From assembly GCF_006345805.1 (NCBI RefSeq), contig NC_043005.1, positions 60,760,001 to 60,824,000 of the forward strand: a stretch of 64,000 nucleotides of DNA, read 5' to 3'. Positions 39,336 to 53,089 of this stretch are shown piece after piece. The DNA is from Octopus sinensis. Lineage: Eukaryota. The position numbers and the translations under genes were made by a program. The notes under the pieces were generated by a model. It did no database searches. It worked only from the letters and a program-made list of their open reading frames with translations, and was not told where the DNA came from. Positions within the stretch are counted from its first letter, which is position 1. Every line of letters begins with the position of its first letter.

Positions 39336-39934
39336 AATGAGAAATAAAAGATATTTCATACTTTAACTAAGATTTTATCTTTAAACTTCTTTTCTACAGA
39401 AAATATTACTTGCTCTCAACAATGCATGTTTTGACTAGATTTTTTTTGAAAATTTCTATCTTGTAATAAATGAATAACAAAATATCTGAAATTGTGAAAG
39501 ATTCAAGTTTTATTTTCTTTGCTGTTCGTTGACTACAGTTTGATATACCATAATCTGTCTGGTGAAATGAATATGTATTTAGATGTAATTTTTTTTCATG
39601 GCAATAACAGATTAACACCATAGATATTTGAAACCCGAAAAGAAATATTGTTGAATCACTGTTAATACATTTCTCTATTTTCTGATGCAGTGAAATGGAA
39701 AATTTATTTTCATATAAATTATTTTGTTTTATATTTTTCATTGAACATCAACTTACTAAAACATGTTGATATAAAGTTTCTGTAAATAAACATAAAAAGT
39801 TATTCTAAAAGTTAAGTAGGCTTTGATTGCAAAATTGTTTCTAGTTTCTATTCTTTAGCAATATTCAGATCGTTCCGATTCTCTTATTATCTTCAGGTGT
39901 TCTATTCCTGGTTATATACATGTTCCCATCTCTT

Positions 39935-40153
39935 TTCTAATTCTCTACTCTAGGCCCAAGGCCCGAATTTCTCGGAGAGGGCGCCAGTCGATTAGATCGA
40001 CCCCAATACGCAACTGGTACTTAATTTATCGACCCCGAAAGGATGACAGGCAAAGTCGATCTCGGCGGGATTTGAACTCAGAACGTAACGGCAGACGAAA
40101 TACCGCTAAGCCCTTCACCCGGCGTGCTAAAATTTCTGCCAGCTCGCCGCCTT
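39935..40153 (-). mobile_element. SINE family B, alternative tail
   Basis: Head and core colinear with the 23991 copy. Confidence 0.9.
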
Positions 40154-42074
40154 ACATATTCCCATTTCATCGCTTCCATTCTTTAATCATTTCCCACATT
40201 CTTGTAGTACACTTTCTTGTAACAATATAGGACATTTAATCGAATTTCACTCTACAGAATAGTAAAAGATAATGTATAGAAAATATAATCTAATTTAACA
40301 ATATCTAACTATGGAAGAGTTGTCAGAATAGGTGGTGTTTATTAAGATATACCTTCATGATCAAGATTTGTAATGCATTCACAGGAAGGAGTCACAGAAA
40401 TGAATAGAAATAGTAAAGGTATTTTAAAGTATTACGACAATGAAAGCATTTAACCAATAAATTAGCTTTCGTTAGAGAAGCAACACCCTAGCTCAAGGAA
40501 GATTAAATATTTAGAAATCACTAAATTTCAAAACAGAGAAAAACATGGAAATATTTGAAAATTTGATATATTTAATCTCTATTAGTAGAAAACAATTAAT
40601 TAACTAGACACTTCACCATGCTTTAGATTATCATATAATTTTTGAACGTTTCTTTACCAGTCAGTAAATCAAGTTTCCATCTATCCTTCAAGATGATAGT
40701 ATATTGGAATCTACTGAATGGAAAATTTTCCTCCCTTTAAATATTGGCATTTGGCCAAGTGAAAAGAAATGAGTATATATAAAATGCAAACTGTGGGTTT
40801 GATATAAAATCAGTCAGGCAGGAAATCGTTAAATACAATGCAATTGTATTATGACGACGTAAGAGAGAAAGCGCTTAAGACCATTGAATATTTTGATAAA
40901 TTGCTAGTGATAATAGATTAGTTTATAGTCGTCCGGGGGATATTTTTCCAAAATTTAATCCAAAATATTTTATGCTTCTCAAAGAATATTTACGAGAATG
41001 GCCAAATTGAGCCAATGATATACGTAAATTAAAATAAAAGTCGCAATTGAGAACTCAATTGAATTTAATTTTTGCAGATCAAATCTGCTCGAGGAAATCT
41101 TTAATCATATATCTTTTTTTATTAATTTCACAATTCATTTGCGATAGAATGTTTTTAGAGCTACTTTATCTATTATCTTCTCCTTAACAAAATGAGGTTC
41201 TGATGTTAATCCTCTTGTGACACCCGGGCCGATTACTCGGCCTAAGTGATACAAGCTGTACGAAATTTGAAGCCGATTCATCGGTCCGATGAAACAAACC
41301 TTTTGAAGTATAATCAGGGATCGTTTTTCAGTAGATATAATCCAAAACCATATAATATATTTCGTTTTACTTACTAATAAAGTAGTTTTAGGCCTTTATC
41401 CTTTGTTTTCTGCGTGTACCCATCAATTTCAAGCTCAACAGAAAATAAAAACTTTGGTGCTTTTGGCTACACATACCAAAACACTGTAAGTCTCAAAACT
41501 TAAGATAATTTGACTATTAAGTTTAGAAAATCGTGACCAGTCTCATGTTTCCTCTCTCAATACATTTTCGCTATCATATACAAATAATTTTTTTAATGTT
41601 TATTTGTTTATATTTATTTTTGACATGGATCGTGTGCTTTATGTACATATGTAGACACAAGCAGGCGTATACACCTCCAAGTAACACTCAACCCCGCCCT
41701 TGACCCTTCACTATATCTATGATCTCTCATTGAATGAAGGGAAAACTGTTCCAGCACCCATCTGGCACTCATTTACATATGCAACATGAAATGAGAGGCT
41801 TTGCTAAAGGATACAATGCGGATTCCAGTGCAGAAATTAAAGTTATAATGTCATGATGATGAGTTGATCCCCCAAGTCAAGTAGCCCCTACTTGACTACG
41901 TGACTTCCCGAAGAGACAAAATCAGAAAGGAAATTCATTATTTACTTCTACCCACCTACATCTTGCGTTGGATTCTCGGGAAGAAATATACTAAAAAAGT
42001 AATTCAATAGATTAAAATACGTTAAGCGAAAATATCGATGAAAAGGAAGTTGCTTATTGTTATTGGCAAACGTA

Positions 42075-42174
42075 NNNNNNNNNNNNNNNNNNNNNNNNNN
42101 NNNNNNNNNNNNNNNNNNNNNNNNNNNNNNNNNNNNNNNNNNNNNNNNNNNNNNNNNNNNNNNNNNNNNNNNNN
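42075..42174. other. Assembly gap (100 N)
   Basis: Run of exactly 100 N. True length unknown. Confidence 1.
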
Positions 42175-42212
42175 ACTAAAAAACCTATCCATTCTTGTTG
42201 CTTCTTTCTCGC

Positions 42213-42290
<78 letters not shown>

Positions 42291-42299
42291 GTATATATC

Positions 42300-42507
42300 A
42301 GGCGAGCTGGCAGAACTGGGCGAAATGCGTAGGCGTATTTCGTCTGCCGTTACGTTCTGAGTTCATATTCCTCCGACGTCGACTTTGCCTTTCATTCTTT
42401 CGGGGCCAATAAATTAAGTACCAGTTTCGCCCTAGGGTGGATGTAATCGACTTAATCCCTTTGTATGTCCTTGTTGGTCCCCTCTATGTTTAGCGACTTG
42501 TGGGTAG
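42300..42507 (+). mobile_element. SINE family B
   Basis: ggcgagctggcagaa...gttctgagttc...tgtgggtagtaaagaaata. Confidence 0.9.
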
Positions 42508-42779
42508 TAAAGAAATATATATATATAGTCCTTTGTGCAGTAATATGTCACAGTATACAGACGCACAACACATATATATTTATACATATATATATACACA
42601 TATATACATATATTTACGCATATAAAGATAAATAGATGCAGCCATATTAATATACATACATGCATATATACATATATATATATGTGTGGATAGATAGATA
42701 CATAAATACATATAGCCAATCTATGTTTCACTCTAAGTTTCACGTCCATAAAGCACTTAGTTTTACAACGTTTATTTAG

Positions 42780-43572
42780 GCTCTAAAACCCGTTGGCCTC
42801 CGGCCTCTCTAGAAGTGGCTTCTCTACAAAATGATGGAGGAAAATACTTCATTATTCTATGTCAACGATAAGAGATTGTGTTCGTTTGACCGCTAGTAAT
42901 TGACCATGTTGGTGTGTGGATCCAAGGATGCCTGCAGGAATTTCTTGAAGTGCAAGCAGAGTCTGATGACCTCTGTCCAGAAGTTAAGGTTGTACCTCGT
43001 GTCGAGGAAGTCTTTTAATATCATCGTCTGTTTTGACTATGCACAGTTTACAACGCTTGGTCCCATTTATGTAGGGCCTGGTGATCTTCCATGTTATTAC
43101 GTGTAGGGTTCCGTCGTCTTTCAGCCGCCATACATGGCTGGCTAACAACTTGGCGTATCTCTTTTCCAGGATCCTGAAAGAGGGTCTGTGTTTGGAGAGG
43201 CGCTGTTTGAACGAGTTACTGGAAAATCCGATGTATCTCCGTGTGCAGGTGTTGGCTCTTCTGTTTCTGTTGATGTTGACGCTGCTGCTAACATTGTTGC
43301 TGGTGCTGGTGTTGTTGGTATTGGCATTGTTGGAGATGGCGCTGATACTGGTGTTGGCGCCGGTGCCCCTAATATTGGTGTTGGGGACACTTTTGATGGT
43401 GACGCTGTTGCTCGTGTTATAGCTATAGCCGTTGGTGCTTCTTGGAGCTGTTCTCGGTGCTATCATGGTGGATGATGTTATCGATGTTGTTATTGTTATC
43501 ATTGGTGATGGCTCTACTGCTATTTGCGTTCAGGATAAGGCCGTTGTTGTTGTTGTTGTTGTTGTTGCACGC
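42780..43572 (-). mobile_element. Penelope-like element 3' part (GIY-YIG C-half plus pLTR remnant), Hydra-clade-like
   Basis: YIGFSSNSFKQRLSKHRPSFR...LASHVWRLK...ITWKI.RPYINGTKRCKLC; after a frameshift, LNFWTEVIRLCLHFKKFL. Degenerate hammerhead-like CTAGAGA-GGCC-gga-GGCC-AAC-GG-GTT at 42812-42783. Confidence 0.85.
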
Positions 43573-43845
43573 ATTCCCAACAGACACAGCCTAAAGGTCA
43601 CTTTTAGCTACGACCCCAATATTAAGAGCATTTTAGTCAACACGCCTAGGCCACGACCAGAAGCGGGATGCTCATGCAGGGAGTGCAACTGATGCCCAGA
43701 TGTAGGCCATTGTAAAACCAAGGCAATCGTCTGCAGGAGCAGTATTGACAATACCAAGAGCACCAGCAGGATCCCAGGCAAAAATAACAATAGCACCATC
43801 GCCTGCAATAACAACAATAACAACAACAACGGCTGCACCAACCGT
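43573..43845 (+). mobile_element. Inverted upstream segment of the same PLE (linker, CxC motif, first GIY-like triad)
   Basis: NRHSLKVTFSYDPNIKSIL...GCSCRECN*CPDVGHCKTKAIVCRSSI matches FNRxTVKxSYSxxPNIxxII...CNCRxxxxCPLxGxC...IVYxAxV. Confidence 0.8.
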
Positions 43846-43938
43846 ATATATTTTTATTTATATACTCTACTGCTCTATAACTTAGAGCGTCCTTCTCTTT
43901 AGGATCTATTATATGTATGTACATACATACATACAAAC

Positions 43939-43969
<31 letters not shown>

Positions 43970-43984
43970 CATACATACACATAT

Positions 43985-44512
<528 letters not shown>

Positions 44513-44744
44513 TTAGATAAAATATTTAGATAATGGTTAATCGTCGTACAATTTTAAATTAGATTGCACTATATGCATGTGCCTGTGTGTGTCTACCTGC
44601 CTGTGTGTGTGTGTACATCTGTGTGTAGAGAGAGAGGGGGAGAGACTGGTATACAGAAATCTTTCACCCAAGACATACGATTATAAGACAGATTTCACGG
44701 ATTCTGCGGCCTATATATTCCACCGACAAGATGGGACTCCGGTT

Positions 44745-44890
44745 CGTGGCAGCATTACTAATTTTTGCAAGTTGAATGGAGCAACGCGAAATAAAGTGTT
44801 TTTGCCGTGAAAGCAACGCCTCGCCCTGTCTAGGAATCGAAACCACTATCTGATGATCATGAGTACAGTACACTAAGCCATGCGCCTCCA
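44745..44890 (-). mobile_element. SINE family C, 5' part
   Basis: Minus strand ggaggcgcatggcttagtg...gtttcgattcctagac A/B boxes. Confidence 0.65.
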
Positions 44891-44894
44891 GCTT

Positions 44895-45097
<203 letters not shown>

Positions 45098-45479
45098 ATG
45101 TGTGTGTGTATGTATCCATACTTGTCTTTGCCTTATTATTTCCACTCTCTCCTTTCTCACCCCTTTTGGTGCTATATACATTTCTGAACTACATTACACC
45201 ATTCGGGATATTTATATGGAAGAATGACTATTCATGTATGTAACATTAAATGCCGGCGGAGGGCAGTCGTCGTCAGCAGAGTCAGTGCACCGAATTTCAC
45301 AGTATCTCTTTTTTATGAATTTAGATATACAACAATAACATGATTCGTATATGGTTCTATGTTATTGTATTAGAGGAACGGATTTAAGTCATCGTCTTAT
45401 AATTTTGAGGTAGGATGTGTAGTTTCGTCAATTCATAAAATTTATTAGAATTGCAAGTTATATTTCTGAACTTAGATGA

Positions 45480-45850
45480 GAATTAATGTGGGAAATATTT
45501 CTGTTATATTTTATGGAATATTTACATCCCTCACGTCAAGTTACAACCTCTGTTCTTCATCGGAAGAAGACCTCTTTTCCATGTGCTCATAAATGGTGAA
45601 TATATGAGACTCTTAAGATGAGCTGTTATAATATTTGTATGAGAGGTGAAACGATGACGTCAGATATTACAAAGCATAAATGGCGTGAAATTAGAAATAA
45701 TATGCCACCATGTGATAAATTTTTCATTAGAGACAAAGAACAACAGGAAATACACGAACCATTGCGTATAGCGTTGAGAAATCAATTAGAACACGTACAA
45801 CTCAATATGGTGCCATTACTGAAATTAGGTTTATATTGACAAACATTCGT
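45480..45850 (+). mobile_element. piggyBac transposase core remnant
   Basis: KHKWREIRNNMPPCDK resembles xNRWEEIKSNLHFxDN; ..EPL..AL.. resembles RPLxxxL; NMVP resembles DExMVP. Confidence 0.45.
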
Positions 45851-46876
45851 CTTCTGGAGCGTTATAATATAACAGTGTGAGAACACTGCAGGAAATCAGC
45901 TTGATTGACAAAATCTAATAAATCCACAGCACGTGACTATAAGAATGAGAATTATCGTTGTATTTGTTCAACTCCCGTTTAACTTTGATGGAAAAGATCT
46001 ATAGTCGTAGTTCATGCCTGGATTTAACCTTTCTCTTCATGAGTACTCTTGGCTATATTATTCAATTTTCTCTTCCTTGTTTTCTCGGGGGGGAGGGATT
46101 TCACCGCTATTTTTAGTACGTCGATTTCATCAGAGTATTTCTATCAGAGTATTTCTATCAGAAATTTAGAGGATTTTCACTCACAAAAATTTGTGATTTT
46201 ATAAAAACTTTGAATGATAAAGAATGCAACATGATTTTTTCCCGCTTTTCTCTCAAAAGAAACACACTCAAACTTATATACACACACTGCATGAGCCATG
46301 CCACACACTCACTAATACGCACACATACATTTGCATTTAGACAAACACGCACACACACACACACATTTAGAGATACACACAAATATGTATGGACGGACAC
46401 ATGAATGCATATATATTTTTCTGTCTGCTGAACTCGGAATTTGAGCAAAAAGGCTGTGGAAGCTGTGAGTATTTGACAGAAACTTTCATGTATGCGCGGT
46501 CTGATGAAGTGAAACTTGAAGTAGACAGGCAGATGGTCGGTTTGTGAAAATCAGATACGAAAAGGTTCGTATCATCGGAGGAGTGTTAAACAAGTTGAGA
46601 AGAGGTGATAGTTTTATTTAGATTTGCCTTGAATGGAACTGTAGTGAATGGAGACGATGAAAGAAAGGATTACTCAGTATATTTAGTGAAGTTGAGGCGA
46701 AATCGTTAGTGCGACGAACAAAGTTCTTTGTGGCATATCTTCCAGCTTACATGCTGAGTTCAAATGCTGCTAACATCGGCTTTATCATTCAGCCTTTCAG
46801 AGTCGATAAGATAAGTAGCATTTGAGCTTTCTGATCGATGTAATAAGCATCTACCTCCTCAACATTGTGTCTATAG

Positions 46877-46910
46877 GAGAAATAATTATTTAATGAAGTT
46901 CGTCCATTTG
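46877..46910 (+). CDS. Candidate 34-nt exon (RNNYLMKFVHL)
   Basis: cctcctcaacattgtgtctatag acceptor and TTG|GTAAGT donor. One open frame. Confidence 0.28.
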
Positions 46911-46946
46911 GTAAGTACGTAGGCCGAGAGAAGTGAATATTAAAGA

Positions 46947-47170
46947 AAGCGGCGAGCTGGCAGAAACGTTAGCACGCCGAGCGAAATGCTTAGAGGTATT
47001 TTGTCTGTTATGAGTTCAAATTCCACCGAGGTCGACTTTGCCTTTCATCCTTTCGGGGTCGATAAATTAAGTACCACTTACGCACTGGGGTCAATATAAT
47101 CGACTAAATCAGTCTGTCTGTCCTTGTTTGTCCCCTCTATGTTTAGCCCCTTGTGGGCAATAAAAAAATA
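46947..47170 (+). mobile_element. SINE family B with a perfect 18-bp TSD
   Basis: agaagtgaatattaaaga at 46929-46946 and 47171-47188. Confidence 0.93.
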
Positions 47171-47449
47171 AGAAGTGAATATTAAAGAGTCTAGATTGAC
47201 ACCTTTTCTAAAACTTTTTTTTCTTAAAATCTTTCTCCATTTGCTACTGGTTATTTTGAAATATTCCTTTATTCTTTTATGAATGACTCCTATCACAGAG
47301 AAAAAGTTCTCGATATTATTTAAGGGGTAATATTTTATTGTGTATAACCACTCTCCTGAGAGTGTTGGGCAAAATACCTTATAGACTTTATGCAACGCTT
47401 GATGATTTGGATTCAAATGTTGTCCAAGTCAATTTTCCTTTTTCCACTT

Positions 47450-47560
47450 CGGTGTTTATAAAATAAATGATTCAAATATTGAGTCGAAGCTGTGGACTGA
47501 TACAATTGGCAAACTTTTCGAGAAAGATATTACGATTGTAACGAATATACTTAGCGTCTT
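47450..47560 (+). mobile_element. Possible PLE GIY-YIG remnant
   Basis: GVYKIN...; with frameshifts, YIG.TFRERYYD. Confidence 0.3.
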
Positions 47561-48376
47561 AGATAAGTCTGCCAAAAGAGGTATTTCTGTAGCGTGGATT
47601 AACACTGATTGGCTGAGTTTGAATATGGCATGTTTCAGAAAGAATTTGAAATTCAACTGGAGATTTGAGAGAGTTTCCTGCGTTTTCTACCGGCTGATTC
47701 TACGTTGTGGTTCGATTAGCTTAAAATAGCAGCTACGTTTCCTTAAAATCACACTACCAGCTTATGAACAAAAATACACACTGATGTACATGATATAATA
47801 ATGACTTAAATGTGCTTAATTAGGAGTATGTTTAATCAGTGCTCATACTAACAACAGCTAATTTTAGCGCGACACTTAATCACACGACGTTCTGGAAATA
47901 TCAAGCAAAATTACTCCAGAGTCCATTATCATCAGCAATTATATTCATGGCTGAAATACATTTGATTATAAGTCCGTTTCATCAGAACTTACTTTGGGAA
48001 AATCAACAACCAATTTACAAATTAGTTCTAAGACATATTAGAAATAGCAGTTAAATCTCACTCGAATCATCCCCCACCGTCTTGGTCGGATAATTTTGAC
48101 CTTTATATGCAAAACACATAATGGATTTGAATAGACAGATTTAACCAACAACAAACTTTGAAACGTGCACAGCTACAGAGATACTTTTGTTCCCTCTTAT
48201 TGGTTCACTGTCACAGTTGCAAAACCGTGAATGTAATCAGTTTAATCAACTCCGCTACTGGGGCTGATTAAATCATTTCATCGACCATCGAGTGTTGAAT
48301 AACAAATTTCGCCTTGGATGATTTCGTGCTCTGAAGGCATAACGATGAAACAAGATATTCGTGTATGAGAACTACA

Positions 48377-48555
<179 letters not shown>

Positions 48556-49989
48556 TACTGAAAGAATTGATTTCATTCCTAAATCAAGCACAGTATCGAA
48601 TATATCGAAGGAATGAGTAAACTCGACTGAATGGATACAATGTCAATGCAATAATACTGATTTTGTCGAACTTAGGAAGATTGTATGGCTGAATATACAA
48701 TAGCTTAACTCGATATTGCAATTAATTTCATCCGCAATTTATCGCTTTTGCACCTCAATTAGAATACTCGATGGGAAAAACTATTCAAAGAACATATTTT
48801 GTATAACCTCCATCGTGTCGGTGAATAGTGAGTCACTTATTTGATTATGCGATATTTCTGGCAAAAACATACCCAAGATTCTCCTTCTGTTATTTTAATT
48901 CATTTATTGATATATTTATTTATTTTGCCATCAGTTACATTGTATCGATGTGCAGCACTTTTGGTAACAAATCATAAGAGGTTGAAAGAGATCAACGATT
49001 ACATAACGCCAGTGGATGTCATTTCAGATCGGTAGCACTGTTAACTTTAATAGGGAAAGAATAACCTAAGAAAAATATATCACCAGGAAAAAGAAAAAAA
49101 TGCGCATACCAAAAGCAATTGCTTTGAATCTTCTCAAGCTAAAATACAAAGACATTTATAAAAGCAGGCAAATATAATTTGTAAGGAAGGATAGCAGAAA
49201 AATAATTCTGCATAAGGGAAGGTTTGAGAAAAGAAATACTAATCATTTTAATTTAGAGAATGAAGAGATTTTAATGAAATGTTTCGCAAGAAAAAAAAAA
49301 AAAAGAACAAACACATTGAACGCACGCTTATACACACAGATTAGGTATTGGAAGTCAATCGCTATTCGATGATTAAGTATCGTTCGAAATTTTGACAACA
49401 CGACGCTTCCAAACCCTTTTTCCTAACAATTCAGAGATTACGTAAGTTCCATTATTTGTCACATAAAATAAATTACATTTGGCATTGAGTTTTATATTGA
49501 TTTTTTTTTTCTTTTTTTTTTTTGTGTATTAGCAGAGGTAACAGATTTATTAGTTGAGGAGTTTCGATAATTGAATAGATCGCAATATACGGATAGCAAT
49601 TATGGTATCATTCTCGTGAGTAATGAAGGTCAAAGAAAACTCTGGTGCTCTTTGAATTCGCTACGACGTTTACGTCGTGGTGGACATAAAAAAAATAAAT
49701 AAATACTAAGAGCAAGGTCAATTTCTATTGTACCATATTCCAGCGCGAAAGCTTCCAGCATTATTATTTCTTTTCAAATATTGTCAACGAAAGAATAGAA
49801 AGAAAAGTGAAAATTACTTCGAGAGGGATCTACCAACATGGTAACCAAACGGCATGCTGTAATACAGTTGAAAAACTGTGAAACACGTACTTAGATGAAT
49901 TAATAACGCACGCACAGATTAAGTTGTATAATAAGTGAATATGCCAGTGGAACCCATACTAGATGCCGCGGAATACATTGTACAGAGCT

Positions 49990-50450
49990 AAAATATAGTA
50001 TAAAGCTGATAAATACCAGGGGATGATGTCTGTAAAGGCCATGGGGACTTAGCCAGTAGGTCTACGAAGGCCCTGATGGACAACAAACTCAGCATTAAGA
50101 TCGTTGAGTGACCAGAGAGATCCCTCAGACCACAATTATATAAGACGTACCACTTGGCAATACCACATGCACTAATAGGAAGTGAGTGGCGTGTACCGTT
50201 AACCCCAATATTAATTATAAGTCCAGGTAAGTAGTCTCCAGCATAAAGTATATGAAGGGGTATTGTAAGGACAGGAATACAGCATACATTGGGGAGACGT
50301 CTAGGAGTTTAGCAGAGAGACTAAATAAAAAAAAAACACCTGGTGGGTATACGACAGAAAACAGTCGTCCAATCAGCATGCCAGATCTGCATAGCGACAC
50401 ATTACACCGAATCGACATCCGTATTTTATACTGAACAGGAAATATACGTA
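49990..50450 (+). mobile_element. Neptune-like PLE linker and GIY-YIG remnant
   Basis: IKIVE*PERSL...CTNRK*VAC...VVSSIK...CKDRNTAYIGETSRSLAERLN. Cys-rich linker before YIGETSR. Confidence 0.75.
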
Positions 50451-50499
50451 GCTAGTAGTAGTACTTCTAAGCCACTGTTACCGCCCACGCATAATCATA

Positions 50500-51720
50500 C
50501 ATAGGTGCCTCCGTGTGGAGAGACAGGTAGGTAGGTATGTATGTAGGTACGTATGAATGTATGTATGAATGGACATGCGTAGATAGGATTAAATGACAAT
50601 AGAATTCAGGTAGGCTCATAAAACTATACACGTAAATTTGTACACATCCATTTTGTAAAATCAATAGAGATATACGCGTAATTTTGTTTCGTATCCATAC
50701 ACTTCATGAACACGTACAGACGCACATGCACACACACACACACACACACCACACACACTCTCATATACACTCTCAGACACATATACATACATATAAACGC
50801 AAGCATACGTAAGCATACGAAAGCACACATCACGCAAACACACGCAACCACACACAGACAGATGCAGGTGCGCGCACATAGACACATATACACGCAGAAG
50901 CACACTTGCACACATGTACACACACGGATGTAGAAACGTACATACACATACACACAGATGATTGCATAGTAAAAAAAGTACACCTCCAGATACACACAAA
51001 TTGGAATACACTCAAATACGAAGCCACTTATACGTTCACGCACACAAACACACATACGCAGAAAAACACACTCGCACAAGTACGCGCATGCACAAGCATA
51101 CACAGACCAATTAAAAAGAAAGATAAAGCCAGATACGCATGCGCGCTAAGATACACTCAAATAAGAAAACATTCGGGGGTTCACACACACACACATACGA
51201 ACATGTCGAACTGATTCAAACTCAGGAATACATACACACATACATATGCACGGAAATACTCACAAACACACGCACCCACACAGATGATCACACGCACACA
51301 CGCACGCACGCACACACACCCACACAGACACACACACACACATACTGCGTTCTCTCCTCCAGCTCCCTTCCCTCTCTCCACATAAAAGGACTGCACTCTT
51401 AACCCATAAATCTTCAGTAGACACGAGAATAACTGAAATCGAAAAAGACAAAGGATTGACCCCTTAAAGAGGTCACGGATGGCTAGTGACACACAGCTAC
51501 AAAGACAAACACACAAGTAGTCACACGGATGTACACACAACGACACATACACGATCGCGCGTGCGCAGGTACACAAACGCGCACACACACACACACAAAA
51601 CCCTTCTTTTACTCTCACCCTTACCTTCTCTTCTAAACAAACAGACATCTACACACACACACATACACACACACACACACACACATATATACAAACATCC
51701 ATACAGAAAGACAGAAAGAC
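50500..51720 (+). repeat. Degenerate (CA)/(CATA)/(CACG) low-complexity region
   Basis: Accounts for the His/Thr- and Cys/Val-rich ORFs in the track. Confidence 0.85.
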
Positions 51721-52519
51721 AAATTCTTAGACGTCTCAAAAGAGACGAAAGCAGGCCTTGGAGCGAGTAGGAAAATCGCGGGTCACTGAAAAGGTTGCGA
51801 ACAGTAACGAAAGAACTTTGACGAACAAACAACCGATTGTTTGCTTAACCAACGCGTAAACCAAACGACCGAGTAGTTACTTGGTTAGATATTTAACAAT
51901 TAACTAATAAGAATGAAGTGGGATTGAACGGGTGCGTGTGTTATCATTATTGGCATAATGACGTAAAACCTATGACGTTTACAAATACATTTAGAAAATC
52001 AACAGAGGATGCTTCACCCATCCCCGTGAGTGTGGCGTCATCATAATGTGGTATTTGTAACATCTTGCTATTTATGCTATCTCATTTTTCTTTTATCCGC
52101 CTCTTTTCTTTTCTTGCGGTTCCTGATCATTTGTCCCATTTTCTGCTCTCAAGATGATGAATTGATGATGCGGCTCATAGCTTATCGCCGGTCCTATTAT
52201 GGTTGGTGCTCGTAACCTCAACAGATTTTGCTTTGGATATACCTGTAGCGGTTCATGGTGGGATCATGAAAACCTTCAGCAGATGTTTTAGCCAATCAGA
52301 TAAAAAGACGAGCGGTATTGGTTTCCGACTCCCTGTGATCTGAGTTGAAATATCAAGTTGTCCGTAAAGTTCTGAGCAGTTTCCAGAATTTGTGTCTGTA
52401 AGTCCTTCATGCAACAATTCTAATCTTAATATAACTCATACTTCAGAATTACTTGCAGTATTGAAGCCTGTCACCTACGTTCCACGTTAAAATTCAGCAT
52501 ATATTTTAATCCTTTCAGC

Positions 52520-53070
52520 CTTTATCTGTGATATGCTTCTGAAACGCAAGGAAAAAAGTTTTTCCTGGAGCAACTGGTAACTGGAGATGAAAATTGATTG
52601 TTTACGATAAGATATAGAGAAAAATATCTGGAGCGTGCGTGAGGATCCTCCAAAACATCTTCCAAAGCTGAATATTCAGATCCCCCAAAGTAGCTTCCAA
52701 AGCAGAATATTAATTCTAAAACAGTTATGCTTTGAGTCTCGTGGGATTTCAAAGACATTATTTACTATGAGTTATTCAACAAAATTCTGATGTGTACTGC
52801 CATCAGCTCGCAAATTTAGATTTAAAAAATCAAGGAATTGAGGCCAGCTCTCTCCAACAGGAAAAGGGTAGTGTTTCACCAAGACACTTCCCGCTTTATC
52901 CTTGCGGGTAACACTTTGGTTACCCGCAAAAATTACATACACTTGTGTAGAATCTTTTTCCCCATCCACCATACCCTACGACATTGCGCCATCTGGCTAG
53001 CGTTTGTTTTTGTTTCTGCAGAACACTCTAAAAGGAAAATCATTTAAGGATTTAGAAACCACTTAGCTTC
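52520..53070 (+). mobile_element. Mariner transposase catalytic-domain remnant (DD34D-type)
   Basis: ICDMLLKR...LVTGDE...VML..WDFK.IIYYEL...RPALSNRKRVVFHQD...HPPY..DIAPS. Confidence 0.85.
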
Positions 53071-53089
53071 ATTCCATTGATTCCTAAGT

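Noticed and set aside
43690-43692. In-frame TGA in the PLE Cys-rich motif as possible selenocysteine (as in Naiad PLE selenoproteins)
   Set aside because: The TGA is at a variable position of CxCRxxxxCP, not at a conserved Cys. The copy is otherwise decayed and no SECIS was seen.
46501-46523. CTGATGA..GAAAC..GTA hammerhead-like string
   Set aside because: No stem II and no stem I pairing.
49435-49441. 7-nt plus-strand microexon AGATTAC|GTAAGT
   Set aside because: Not frame-preserving, and the branch-like ctaac is too close to the AG.
50183-50185. TGA at a Cys position in the Neptune-like linker
   Set aside because: Neighbouring presumed Cys codons have decayed to TAT and the frame has other stops and frameshifts, which is ordinary decay.
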